A stretch of 32,000 bases of DNA from Ktedonobacterales bacterium (GCA_030167145.1 CP126532.1:120001-152000); one strand, 5' to 3'; counted from the first letter of the stretch, positions 17,236 through 26,838 are shown. Notes: generated from the letters alone by a model not told the origin. Numbers and translations: made by a program.

Positions 17236-18635
17236 CCACCTTTGCGAGTGCGCCCTCCAGTCAACCCCGCCTTTGTGCCGATCCGCTTGCGCAGCGTGGC
17301 TGCCAATGAACGTGGATCAGATCGCTCCACCTGCACCTTGTCCAGCCTCAGGAAGCGCGCCAAGTCGCCCAGGGCGCCCGAAAGACCGCTGAGCAGCGAA
17401 TCATCTGGCACGACGCCTGGCTCCAGATAGACAGCCCGCGCCACCAGAACACCATCGCTTCGTACTGCCTTCGCATCCACACGCCCAACAATCTGGCCTT
17501 GATGCAAAATTGCCAGACAGTAATAGCCATAGCGGCGCTTCTCAGGCACCACATACGCCTCGAAGCACACTTCATAGTCAAAGAGGGCGCGAGCGCGGTC
17601 GCGGTCCCAAATGAGGCTATCGAACGGAGAGAGCAGCGTGGTCCGCGTGGGCAAGTCCGCGCCAGCGCGCCAGCGCTCCAGATTACCTATCCGCTCCACC
17701 GCCAGATAGGCAGGCTCATCCACCCCTTCTATCCGCGCCGGAACAACTATCCCCTCCTCCACCAGCGTATCGAGCATTGTTTGTGCTGCGGCACGTGCGC
17801 CACCATTCTTTCCGCTCTTTCCATTCGCGTTTTGCAGTCGCAGATACCGGCGCAGACGGAAGTAATCCCAAAGCCACGAAGGCGTCACCACGCCGAGCGC
17901 GCTTACCGTCCGTCGGGAAAAGTACGCCAGCCGCTCCTCGACCGTAGGCAACATATCGTCTGATGGCAGCGCGGCTTCAGCAAACGCCTCAGCGAGCACA
18001 CGCTCGCGCAGGTCATAGATCTTCTGGCCACCACGCCTGCTATGGACCATTAACTCGCCCATTGTCCACAACACATCCAGTGCTTTCCGGCTATCCTTCG
18101 GGCCATACCAATCCCACGGACCAGTGCGCTCATCAGTAGGCGCACGCTCAAAATCTGCCGACGCAAGCGGGCCGCGCATGCGAATCGCCTCGATAGTCCG
18201 GCTCACCGTCTCAGGGTTCTGTTCCATCCACAAGTGGATGCCATCCCACATATGCAATTCATCCGCGTGCGCCATATCAGCACGATAGTACGGATAGTCA
18301 GCCATCGGGACAATAGAAGCGGCATGACTCCAGTACTCGAAGACACCGCGCTTGGGGTGGAGCAACGTATCGAGAAGTGTGGCATCGTAGGCACCAAGCC
18401 GGCTCCACAGCACAAGATACTGCGACCGCTCGATAACGTTAATCGTGTCTATCTGCACGACGCCGAGCTGGTCTATCACTCCGCGAACCTCATCCAGCGA
18501 GGGGACTACCAATGGCCTGTCAAGCAACCCCTGCGCTGCCAGCATCACACGACGCGCCTCCGTCCGTGTCAGTCTAATTGCGCCACCCTCGCTCGCCATG
18601 TTCACACGCGCCTTCCCCATCTTCGTGCTACCCAC
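17232..18635 (-). CDS. Winged-helix DNA glycosylase-like protein (YcaQ/AlkZ family, DUF1006)
   Basis: Family-typical N-terminal LTRTEARRVMLAAQGL, the QxD-type motif in LGVVQIDTINVIERSQYLVLWSR, EYWSHAASIVP, and the C-terminal YYCLAIL...G.IVGRVDAK. The start is ambiguous: GTG 18635, ATG 18620 or ATG 18599. Confidence 0.75.
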   Translation of the reverse strand: MGSTKMGKARVNMASEGGAIRLTRTEARRVMLAAQGLLDRPLVVPSLDEVRGVIDQLGVVQIDTINVIERSQYLVLWSRLGAYDATLLDTLLHPKRGVFEYWSHAASIVPMADYPYYRADMAHADELHMWDGIHLWMEQNPETVSRTIEAIRMRGPLASADFERAPTDERTGPWDWYGPKDSRKALDVLWTMGELMVHSRRGGQKIYDLRERVLAEAFAEAALPSDDMLPTVEERLAYFSRRTVSALGVVTPSWLWDYFRLRRYLRLQNANGKSGKNGGARAAAQTMLDTLVEEGIVVPARIEGVDEPAYLAVERIGNLERWRAGADLPTRTTLLSPFDSLIWDRDRARALFDYEVCFEAYVVPEKRRYGYYCLAILHQGQIVGRVDAKAVRSDGVLVARAVYLEPGVVPDDSLLSGLSGALGDLARFLRLDKVQVERSDPRSLAATLRKRIGTKAGLTGGRTRKGG

Positions 18636-18651
18636 CCAGTTCGTGGAGCAT

Positions 18652-18660
18652 ATTATAGCA
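18652..18660 (-). promoter_or_regulatory. Extended -10 promoter element (minus-strand TGCTATAAT) in the 59-bp gap before the YcaQ-like gene
   Basis: The reverse complement of 18652-18660 is TGCTATAAT, a perfect TGnTATAAT. The -35 is poor. The predicted transcription start near 18645 would leave GTG 18635 almost leaderless. Confidence 0.45.
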
Positions 18661-18694
18661 CGGACGTTCTAGGCGCTCCCCAGATACTAACCCT

Positions 18695-20548
18695 TCACCC
18701 CGCTTGTATGCCCGCCTCGGCCCGCATGGGACGATAAAGCGAGTTGAAGAGATCGTCATAGCGTTGATAGATCTGGCGGCGGCGAATCTTAAGCGTCGGC
18801 GTGAGCAGACCATTCTCGACAGTGAAATCCTCAGGCAAGAGCGCGTAATATTTCACCGTCTCATAGCTGGCGAGCTTACTGTTCGCCTTGGCAAGCTGCT
18901 CATCCAAGAAGGCCCGCAGCTTCGGATCCTCGCGAAACGCGCCCGCGCCATCGGCGCTCTCGTCATACGCGATGCCCGCATCCGTTGCCCACTGCCTCAG
19001 GTGTGCCGGATCCAGTGTAATGAGCGCAACCAGGTAAGGCTTGCGGTCGCCATAGACGCACACCTGTGAAACCAGCGCCATCTGCTTTAGCGTATTCTCC
19101 ACCAACTGCGGCGCGATATTCTTGCCACCTGCCGTAATGATCAGATCCTTCTTGCGGTCCACAATACGCACGAACCCATCCTCATCTACCCTGCCAATAT
19201 CGCCGGTACGGAACCAACCGTCCGCATCGAATGCGTTGGCATTGGTCTCTGGATTGTTGCGATACCCAGTGAAAACGCATGGCCCCCGTACCAATATCTC
19301 TCCGTCTTCCGCGAATCGCATTTCATGGCCAGGATAGACTTTGCCCACCGTTCCCATCCGATAACATTCCGGAGTGTTCAGGCAAAAGCCGCCACTGGTC
19401 TCCGTCATGCCCCAGCCTTCCAGCAGCAACACACCCGCCCCGCTGAAGAACTCCAGAATCTTCAGATCCAGCGGCGCGGCGGAACTAATCGCGAATTTGA
19501 GATTGCCCCCCAGAGCCTCCCGCACTTTGTGGAATACCAGCCGATCAGCCAGGCGATAGCGCAATGCCAAGGCAGCAGGAATCGCTTTCCGTTGCTCCCG
19601 CAATTTCGCGACACGCAAACCCACACCGCAGGCCCACGCGAAGATGCGCCGCTGCGCCCCAGAGCCTTTCTCAACTCGCCCCTGTATCGCGGCATACGCC
19701 TTTTCATAGACCCGCGGTACACTGAAGAGCAGGTCAGGATGCGCCTCGCGAATGTCAGCGGCAAGCGTGTCTAAGGATGTGCAGATTACAGTTTCGAGGC
19801 CCAGGTCATAGGCCGCGAGGTGTTGCTCTCGCCCAAAGACATGCGAGAGTGGCAAGAACAGCAAATCTACCATTCCGGGCTTGATGGCGGTGAGTGTCTG
19901 CTTAACGCACCCAAGCTGAGCCATGAACCCACCGTGCGTATGTGGAACACCTTTCGGCTGTCCTGTGGTGCCAGAAGTATAGACTAGCGTGAAAAGGTCA
20001 CCCGGCTGAATGGCAGCGGCCCGCTCAGCAGCAAATGCATCGGAGTCTTCAGGCGACCGCTTGCTCAGTTTCTGAAGTGCATCAAAACTCAAGACCCAAT
20101 CATCCTCAGAATAGTGCTCAGCATCACCGAAGAGAATCACCTTGCGAATGTTCGGGAGTGTCTCGCGAATGCCACGCAGCTTCGCATACTGCTCAGCGTC
20201 CTCAGCGAAAACATAGCATGCTCCGGAATCATTGAGAATAAAAGCGCAGGTATCGGCAGTATTCGAAGGATACAGCGTGACGCAAGCAGCGCCCAACCCA
20301 GTGATAGCCCAATCCGTGGCGAGCCACTCCCAGCGCGTCGAGCCGAGTATGCCGATGACATCGCCTGGCCGCGCACCTAGAGCATCTAACCCGGCGATAA
20401 GCCGGTTGACCAGCCGCTGGTTCTCACGCCAGGTCACACTCGTCTGCTGGCCGCCCACTGCCTGCCGCCAACGAACCCTATCACCATAGATTGCTGCCCG
20501 ATTGCGAAAAAGCTGGGCGAGATTGATTTCCGTCTCCATTGCCGACAT
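18695..20548 (-). CDS. Long-chain acyl-CoA synthetase (AMP-forming ligase, ACSL/FadD-like, about 615 aa)
   Basis: AMP-binding signature YTSGTTGQPKGV, GWGMTETSG, and the C-terminal GWFRTGDIG...DRKKDLI. AGGAG abuts ATG 20548, so ATG 20539 (9-nt spacing) may be the real start. Confidence 0.85.
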   Translation of the reverse strand: MSAMETEINLAQLFRNRAAIYGDRVRWRQAVGGQQTSVTWRENQRLVNRLIAGLDALGARPGDVIGILGSTRWEWLATDWAITGLGAACVTLYPSNTADTCAFILNDSGACYVFAEDAEQYAKLRGIRETLPNIRKVILFGDAEHYSEDDWVLSFDALQKLSKRSPEDSDAFAAERAAAIQPGDLFTLVYTSGTTGQPKGVPHTHGGFMAQLGCVKQTLTAIKPGMVDLLFLPLSHVFGREQHLAAYDLGLETVICTSLDTLAADIREAHPDLLFSVPRVYEKAYAAIQGRVEKGSGAQRRIFAWACGVGLRVAKLREQRKAIPAALALRYRLADRLVFHKVREALGGNLKFAISSAAPLDLKILEFFSGAGVLLLEGWGMTETSGGFCLNTPECYRMGTVGKVYPGHEMRFAEDGEILVRGPCVFTGYRNNPETNANAFDADGWFRTGDIGRVDEDGFVRIVDRKKDLIITAGGKNIAPQLVENTLKQMALVSQVCVYGDRKPYLVALITLDPAHLRQWATDAGIAYDESADGAGAFREDPKLRAFLDEQLAKANSKLASYETVKYYALLPEDFTVENGLLTPTLKIRRRQIYQRYDDLFNSLYRPMRAEAGIQAG

Positions 20549-20654
20549 CTCCTGCGCGCTAGGATTGCTTGCGCTTGAAACCTCGTGACGAACGCATGTG
20601 CTGCGCCCCTACAGGATCTTCGACCACAAAAACCAACCGCGAGCTGACAAACTA

Positions 20655-22778
20655 CTATGACACCAGCGCATGTACCTCCATAACGACCGCAGATCCTCTC
20701 ACCTGCTCTCCGATGCCATACCGAATCATAGCCACCACGCCGTCACGTGGCGCATGAAGCGTATGCTCCATCTTCATCGCTCCCAAAATAATCAGCGGAT
20801 CACCGGAATGTACCAACTGTCCTTCGGTAACAATCACTGCAATGACGGTTCCTGGCATAGGAGCAACAACTGCTCCATCAGGATGTGCTTCGTTCGGCTC
20901 TCTCCGATCAATTGCATACCCGCCTTGCGTCAACGATGAGGAGATCAGACGCTGCGGCAACGGGTTGCGCCTGCGTAACCTGTATGTATCGAAACCTACC
21001 TTGACCCATACGATTCCGTCCGCAGCTTCAACACCGACGGAGCGAATCAGATGCCCATTCACGTCTATCGCGAGGTTCACTCCAGACTGCTCCGCAACGG
21101 CACCTTGCACATTCCTGCTCTTGCCATTTGATACGAGCAGCGCGCTGAATGAGTTACGGCTCAGCAAGGTCAAACGCACCTCAATGACAACTTTGTGAGA
21201 TGGTTCAGTGCATGTCTCCAGCTCGTATGATTCGATCAATGCCCGATTGCGATTGTTACGCCAGCCGCGTAAGCCAGCCCCGGCAAAATGCTGGTGGAGC
21301 GCGGCCACCAGTGCGGCAATCTGCACATCAGTGTCAGTGCCACCTATGGAAGGAGTAAGCAGATCATCGGCATAACGCTCGATGAAAGCCGTGCTGAGTG
21401 CGCCACTGACGTGTGCGGGATGCGACACAACTTGGCGCAGGAAATCGAGATTGTTGCGCACGCCGAAGAGTGTCGTATTGGCAAGCGCGCTCCCCAACCG
21501 CCGTAAAGCTTGGGCACGGTCGTCGCCATATGCGCTAATTTTCGCGAGCATTGGATCATAGTAGTGTGTAACTATGTCACCGGTTGCAATGCCGCCATCC
21601 ACACGTACCCCCTCCATTTCCGGCGCGCGCCACAACGCAATAGTGCCGGTCATCGGTAAGAAGCTGTTTGCTGGATCTTCAGCATAGACCCGCGCTTCGA
21701 TAGCATGACCCTTGAATTGCACATCATCCTGCATAAGCGGCAACGGATAACCCTCGGCTACCAGAATCTGCCAGCGCACCAGGTCCAACCCGGTCACCAT
21801 TTCCGTCACTGGATGCTCAACCTGAAGCCGCGTATTCACCTCAAGGAAATAGAAATTGCCCTCCTGGTCCAGCATGAATTCCACCGTGCCAGCGTTAGTA
21901 TAGCCAAGCTGCCGCCCAGCGATGACGGCGGCGTTACCCATCCGCTCCCGCAACTCCGGGGTAAGCGCAGGTGACGGCGTCTCTTCGATCACCTTCTGAT
22001 AGCGTCGTTGAATCGAACATTCTCTCTCACCTAGCTGGATCACATTGCCATGGCTATCACCAAAAAACTGGAACTCGACGTGGCGCGGCTCACTGAGCAA
22101 CTTCTCCAGCAACAGTGTTTTGTCTCCAAACGCCACGATCGCTTCACGTCGCGCGGCTGCCAACGCGTCGGCAAGATCCTCTTCGCGCCTCACGACACGC
22201 ATCCCTTTGCCGCCACCCCCCGCCGACGCTTTCACCAGCACTGGATAGCCAATATGCTGTCCCGCCGCCACAAATGCGGCATCAGTCTGGTCCTCGCCCT
22301 CATAGCCAGGCACCACAGGCACGCCCGCCGTCGCCATCAACACCTTCGCCTCGCGCTTACTTCCCATCCGCGCGATGACTTCAGGCGATGGACCAATGAA
22401 CACGAGACCAGCCGCCTGGCATGCCGTAGCGAAATCCGCATTCTCTGAAAGAAAACCATAGCCAGGATGCACCGCATCCGCGCCCACTCGCTGCGCCGCC
22501 TCGACCAATGCGCCGATATTCAGATATGAGGCACTAGCCATCGCCGGGCCGATCCGCACCGCCTCGTCAGCCTCGCGCACGTGGCGGGCGTTCGCGTCGG
22601 CATCGGAGAACACCGCGACCGTCGCAATGCCCATCGCGCGGCAGGTGCACATGACGCGGCACGCTACTTCCCCACGATTCGCAACTAGCACCTTGCGTAT
22701 CAGCCGCACGCCAGATGCGATGGGCTGGCAAGCGCCTGTGGTTGTTTCGGTGCCCGTGTGCCGTGTCACATCTTTCAT
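20655..22778 (-). CDS. Biotin-dependent acyl-CoA carboxylase alpha subunit (biotin carboxylase plus BCCP). Either methylcrotonyl-CoA or geranyl-CoA carboxylase type.
   Basis: Motifs: KVLVANRGEVACRV, ATP-grasp GYPVLVKASAGGGGKGMRVV, NTRLQVEHPVTE, and the C-terminal biotinylation motif GAMKMEH. The ATG overlaps the stop of the upstream hydratase gene (ATGA at 22775-22778). Confidence 0.88.
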   Translation of the reverse strand: MKDVTRHTGTETTTGACQPIASGVRLIRKVLVANRGEVACRVMCTCRAMGIATVAVFSDADANARHVREADEAVRIGPAMASASYLNIGALVEAAQRVGADAVHPGYGFLSENADFATACQAAGLVFIGPSPEVIARMGSKREAKVLMATAGVPVVPGYEGEDQTDAAFVAAGQHIGYPVLVKASAGGGGKGMRVVRREEDLADALAAARREAIVAFGDKTLLLEKLLSEPRHVEFQFFGDSHGNVIQLGERECSIQRRYQKVIEETPSPALTPELRERMGNAAVIAGRQLGYTNAGTVEFMLDQEGNFYFLEVNTRLQVEHPVTEMVTGLDLVRWQILVAEGYPLPLMQDDVQFKGHAIEARVYAEDPANSFLPMTGTIALWRAPEMEGVRVDGGIATGDIVTHYYDPMLAKISAYGDDRAQALRRLGSALANTTLFGVRNNLDFLRQVVSHPAHVSGALSTAFIERYADDLLTPSIGGTDTDVQIAALVAALHQHFAGAGLRGWRNNRNRALIESYELETCTEPSHKVVIEVRLTLLSRNSFSALLVSNGKSRNVQGAVAEQSGVNLAIDVNGHLIRSVGVEAADGIVWVKVGFDTYRLRRRNPLPQRLISSSLTQGGYAIDRREPNEAHPDGAVVAPMPGTVIAVIVTEGQLVHSGDPLIILGAMKMEHTLHAPRDGVVAMIRYGIGEQVRGSAVVMEVHALVS

Positions 22779-23560
22779 GATTGCACTGCCCAGGGAGCTG
22801 GCTGTTTTGCGATAAAGGCGAGCATTCCTTGTTGCGCTTCTTCGCTCGCACGCAGCCGGTCCAACAGCTCAACACGATAGTCCAGCGTATCCGCATCCCT
22901 CGCTACCCGAAACAGCAATCGTTTGCACTCGCGCAACGCCTGCGGCCCGCACCTGAGCACTTCTCCCACCACGGCTGCGACATGAGTATCGAGTTCCTCA
23001 TCGGCGCACGCTTCGTGGATGAGGCCATAGGTGAGCGCGTGTGCCACATCGAAGCGTGCGCCAGTCAGCATCAGTTGGCGCGCACGGGTCAAGCCAACTC
23101 GTTCCACAACGTATGGAGAGATCACGGCAGGAACGAGTCCCAAGCGCACCTCAGGCAACCCAAAACTCGCGCTTTCGCCCGCAACCGCAACATCGCAGAC
23201 ACAGATGAGACCGAGACCCCCGCCAAGCGCCGCCCCTTGCGCACGTGCAATCACCACCTGTGGTGCTTGGTTCACCGCACGTAATAACGCATCAAGTTGA
23301 GCGATGGCCGCACGATTTTCTTCGGTTGAAAGGAAATCGCTCAGGTCGCGCACATCGCCACCAGCGCAGAAGACGCTCCCAGCGGCGCGTAGCACCACAG
23401 CCCGCACACCTTCATACTCCTCGCTGGCCAGCGTCGTGAAACAGCGTAAGAGGTCCGTAACCATCTGATTGCTCAGAGCGTTACGGACCTCCGGGCGATT
23501 CAACGTGACAGTCGCAACCGGCCCCTGTACCACGCAGGTGATCGTCTCAAAAGTCTCCAT
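22775..23560 (-). CDS. Enoyl-CoA hydratase/isomerase (crotonase) family. Either methylglutaconyl-CoA or isohexenylglutaconyl-CoA hydratase type.
   Basis: Crotonase core: ATVTLNRPEVRNAL, VVLRAAGSVFCAGGDV, GAALGGGLGL. The ORF-track start at 23716 overlaps the MazG-like gene. ATG 23560 (METFETI...) gives the usual N-terminus. Confidence 0.85.
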   Translation of the reverse strand: METFETITCVVQGPVATVTLNRPEVRNALSNQMVTDLLRCFTTLASEEYEGVRAVVLRAAGSVFCAGGDVRDLSDFLSTEENRAAIAQLDALLRAVNQAPQVVIARAQGAALGGGLGLICVCDVAVAGESASFGLPEVRLGLVPAVISPYVVERVGLTRARQLMLTGARFDVAHALTYGLIHEACADEELDTHVAAVVGEVLRCGPQALRECKRLLFRVARDADTLDYRVELLDRLRASEEAQQGMLAFIAKQPAPWAVQS

Positions 23561-23583
23561 AGCAATACCCACTTCCCGGTGCG

Positions 23584-23910
23584 CTATCCATTCCGGTTGA
23601 GGCTTCGCTCCGTACTGAACCCATCCGGATAGCGCTTCCGGCGCTTCTCTACATTCCCAACCAGGACATCTTCGAGTGTAAACCCCATCGTCTCGCAGAG
23701 GAACATAACGTACCACATGACATCGCCTAACTCATCACGCACAGCTTGCTCGTCAAGCGGATGTCCGTGAAAGAGTATCTTCTTGAGCGAATCTGCTACC
23801 TCGCCAGCCTCACCAGCAAGGCCCAGCGCCCCCAACAGCAATCGCTCACGGGTAGTCAGATCAGCTCGCACAGTTCGCATAACATCTTGCCGATAGGTCT
23901 CTAGATCCAC
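23584..23910 (-). CDS. Small MazG-type all-alpha nucleoside triphosphate pyrophosphohydrolase (108 aa)
   Basis: MazG motifs: LGLAGEAGEVADSLKK and DELGDVMWYV. GTG start with GAGGTGAGGG upstream. It lies 7 nt after the preceding gene and 23 nt before the next. Confidence 0.75.
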   Translation of the reverse strand: MDLETYRQDVMRTVRADLTTRERLLLGALGLAGEAGEVADSLKKILFHGHPLDEQAVRDELGDVMWYVMFLCETMGFTLEDVLVGNVEKRRKRYPDGFSTERSLNRNG

Positions 23911-23917
23911 ACCGCCC

Positions 23918-24253
23918 TCACCTCACTTCTTCATCAACAGGCATAAAAAGCACAGATCCAGCAAGCGATTTACCAAGGGGGTCTATGCGCAAGGAACGAG
24001 TTGCGCCGCCATCCAGCGCGCCGTACAGCACGAAATTGAGCGCATTGATATTGTCCAGTTCATAGCGCACGACACTACCAGAGACCTGCCGTCCCAGATG
24101 CGCCTTGACGCGCTCAGCCGTCAGCTTCTCTTTCAGCTCGTCATAAGCCGCAGCGGACCGCGCGATCACGCTGACATTCGCAATATTCCCCTTATCCCCT
24201 GCACGCCCATACGCGAGGTCATATATGCGGCGCACGGGCATTGGCGGTGTCAT
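23918..24253 (-). CDS. Small protein corresponding to the C-terminal domain fused to AtuA in longer homologues (split AtuA partner)
   Basis: 111 aa, with a G-DKG-ANV motif (YGRAGDKGNIANVSVIAR) that I associate with the AtuA C-terminal region. GGAGG lies 7 nt upstream of the ATG, which is 2 nt after the AtuA-like stop. Confidence 0.55.
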   Translation of the reverse strand: MTPPMPVRRIYDLAYGRAGDKGNIANVSVIARSAAAYDELKEKLTAERVKAHLGRQVSGSVVRYELDNINALNFVLYGALDGGATRSLRIDPLGKSLAGSVLFMPVDEEVR

Positions 24254-24255
24254 AC

Positions 24256-25611
24256 CTACACCTCCATCATCGTCACTAGTGGCTCGACCGCTGCGCGCGA
24301 GATGAGCGTGGGCCAGAGGCCCAGCAGTGGACGTGGCTCCGCGCCGACAGTGCCTGGCGAGATGGACATACCCGCCGGACCAGAAAGACCTAGCGCCATT
24401 GCGCGGCGAACTGCAGCCTTGAGGACCTCGGCCGTATCAGCAGTAAACACCACCCGCACCATAAGCTCAATCGGATCATCTGGCCGTGGAACAAGCGGAC
24501 CATACAGGCTATCTATCCCAGGATGCGAATATTCGATCCGCGTAATCGGCAAGCCTTCCCATGCAGCAGCGAGCATGCCACGTAGCTGCGCCTCCTTTCC
24601 CCATACCTGCGGCCAGCCAAGTGTGAACATCAATTCGCGGCTATAGCCTTCTAGCCGCGCGATATTCACCTTCAGCGTCTCGGTGCGCGGCAGCCCTCTG
24701 ACACCCATGACACGCACCCGGTCAGGGCCATCATCGTCCAGATGTAGCCTCGTCACATCCGCGACCACATCCGGCGTAATGTACGCGCGTGGATCGTGCA
24801 TTTCATAGAGTAGCTGCTCTTTCACCGTCTCCTGAGACACGTGCCCGCGCAAATCGGGCACTTTTGTGACAACAAAGCTGCCATCGTCGGCGACCTCAGC
24901 GATGGGATAGCTTGGATGCGCAAGCGCATCTACGGTAATCGTGTCTATACTTGCCAGACTGTTGCCGCCGACGATCTGGCCGGTACATTCGAGCAAGTGC
25001 CCGCAGATGATACCGCTCGCGAGCCGATCCCAGTCCTCCGCCGCCCAGCCATACCGATGTCGCAACGGCGCGAGGTACAGGCTAGGGTCAGCCACCCGCC
25101 CCGTGATAACAATATCTGCGCCCTGGGCGAGCGCCTCAACAATTGGTTCCGCCCCCAAATACGCATTGGCCGTGACGATAGGCGGACCAACGAGCTTCAG
25201 CGGCTCGCCCGTCTCCATATGCTCGAACCGCTCGCCCACCGCCATCAGTTCAGCCAGCCGTGGCAGCACATCGTCACCTGTAACGGTGGCGATCTTTAGA
25301 TCATGCAAGCCGTTGCGCTGGGCCACGGCTCGCACCATCTCGGCAGCGCCAACCGGATTCAGCCCTCCGCCATTTGTTATCAGCGGGACTTTTCGCGCAG
25401 ACGCCAGCGGTAGAATGCGCTCGGCGATGATCTCGATATCGCGCGTGTAGCCGCGTGTGGGGTCGCGCATCTGGTCGCGCCGCAAAATTGCCAGCGTCAG
25501 TTCAGAAAGCGCTTCGAAGCACACCACATCCACGTAGCCGCCCTCAATCATCGGCAGCGCGCGCGTGACATCATCTCCGTAAAAGCCTTCGGCTGAACCA
25601 ATACGTAGCAT
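24256..25611 (-). CDS. atuA: AtuA-like protein (acyclic terpene utilisation family, DUF1446)
   Basis: N-terminus MLRIGSAEGFYGDD, then VDVVCFEALSELTLAIL, GGGLNP and ITGRVADPSL, all typical of DUF1446/AtuA. AGGAG lies 6 nt upstream of ATG 25611. The track start at GTG 25638 is less likely. Confidence 0.75.
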   Translation of the reverse strand: MLRIGSAEGFYGDDVTRALPMIEGGYVDVVCFEALSELTLAILRRDQMRDPTRGYTRDIEIIAERILPLASARKVPLITNGGGLNPVGAAEMVRAVAQRNGLHDLKIATVTGDDVLPRLAELMAVGERFEHMETGEPLKLVGPPIVTANAYLGAEPIVEALAQGADIVITGRVADPSLYLAPLRHRYGWAAEDWDRLASGIICGHLLECTGQIVGGNSLASIDTITVDALAHPSYPIAEVADDGSFVVTKVPDLRGHVSQETVKEQLLYEMHDPRAYITPDVVADVTRLHLDDDGPDRVRVMGVRGLPRTETLKVNIARLEGYSRELMFTLGWPQVWGKEAQLRGMLAAAWEGLPITRIEYSHPGIDSLYGPLVPRPDDPIELMVRVVFTADTAEVLKAAVRRAMALGLSGPAGMSISPGTVGAEPRPLLGLWPTLISRAAVEPLVTMMEV

Positions 25612-25661
25612 TCTGTACTCCTGGTACCACTGGCGCACGCCATAGACGCCTGTATGCCGAG

Positions 25662-26828
25662 TTACGATTTCTTCTTACCAGGCAGAATGCCCTCACTCTT
25701 CGCGATAATGCCCAGCATCACCTCATCAGCGCCCCCGCCAATGGAGAGCAGCCGCGAGTCGCGGAACACGCGCGAAATGCGCGTCTCCTCCATATACCCC
25801 ATGCCGCCGTAGTATTGCAGACAGCTATCAGCCACCTCGCGCCCAAGCCGGCCCGCCTTCAGCTTCGCCATAGACGCCAGCCGCGTGATGTCGTCGCCGT
25901 CCACCATCTGCTCCACCGCTGTATAACACAGCGCCTTTAGCGCCTCGATCTCTGTCAGCAGCTCGCAGAAGCGGAAGTGGATCACCTGATTGTTAATCAG
26001 CGGCTGGCCAAACGTAGATCGCTGCTGGGTATACGCAATCGCATCGCGCACCGTCTTCTCCATCCCCGCATACGACGTAATCGCGCCCACGAGCCGCTCG
26101 CGCTGAAACTGCTGCATCTGGAGCATGAAGCCCATTCCTTCCGGGCCGATGGTGTTGGTCTTGGGCACACGCACATTGTCCAGAATCAATTCAGCCGTAT
26201 CGCTCGACAGATTGCCGAGTTTCCGCAGCTTGCGGCTCACACTGAAACCAGGCGTATTGGTCGGCACAATGATCAGCGACATCCCACGAAATCCGCCCTC
26301 ATCGCTGGTGCGCGCCAGCAGGCACGCCCAGTCTGCCTGTGTCCCGTTCGTGATGTAGAGCTTACGCCCGGTAATAACCCAATCATCTCTATCCGCTACA
26401 GCGCGGGTACGAATCGCCGCCACATCGGAACCGGCGTCCGGCTCAGTCACACCGATGCACCCCACATATTCACCGCGAATGCTCGGCTCCAGATACTTCC
26501 GCTTCAATTCTTCCGAACCAAATTGCGCCAGCGCAGGCGTACACATGTCAGTATGAACCGTGATCCCCATCGGCACGCCAGAGCAGTCGGCTCGACCCAA
26601 CTCTTCGCAAAAGACGACGGTGTACCAGAAATCTAGCCCCAGGCCGCCATACTCTTCGGGATAGGTCAGCCCCAGAAAACCAAGGTCGCCCATCTTCTTA
26701 AAGAGTTCATGCGCCGGGAAGATCCCCGCCTCCTCCCATTCGTCCACATGCGGATTGATCTCCTCCTGGACGAACCGACGCACGCTCTGGCGAAACATGT
26801 TGTGTTCTGCGGTAAATTTCATGCCCAT
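25662..26828 (-). CDS. Acyl-CoA dehydrogenase (isovaleryl-CoA or citronellyl-CoA dehydrogenase type)
   Basis: ACAD layout: FPAHELFKKMGDLGFLG, GVTEPDAGSD, KLYITNG, YYGGMGYMEE. The track start at 26978 overlaps the upstream gene. ATG 26828 or 26822 follows AGAGAGGA immediately after that gene's stop. Confidence 0.85.
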   Translation of the reverse strand: MGMKFTAEHNMFRQSVRRFVQEEINPHVDEWEEAGIFPAHELFKKMGDLGFLGLTYPEEYGGLGLDFWYTVVFCEELGRADCSGVPMGITVHTDMCTPALAQFGSEELKRKYLEPSIRGEYVGCIGVTEPDAGSDVAAIRTRAVADRDDWVITGRKLYITNGTQADWACLLARTSDEGGFRGMSLIIVPTNTPGFSVSRKLRKLGNLSSDTAELILDNVRVPKTNTIGPEGMGFMLQMQQFQRERLVGAITSYAGMEKTVRDAIAYTQQRSTFGQPLINNQVIHFRFCELLTEIEALKALCYTAVEQMVDGDDITRLASMAKLKAGRLGREVADSCLQYYGGMGYMEETRISRVFRDSRLLSIGGGADEVMLGIIAKSEGILPGKKKS

Positions 26829-26838
26829 GGTCCTCTCT

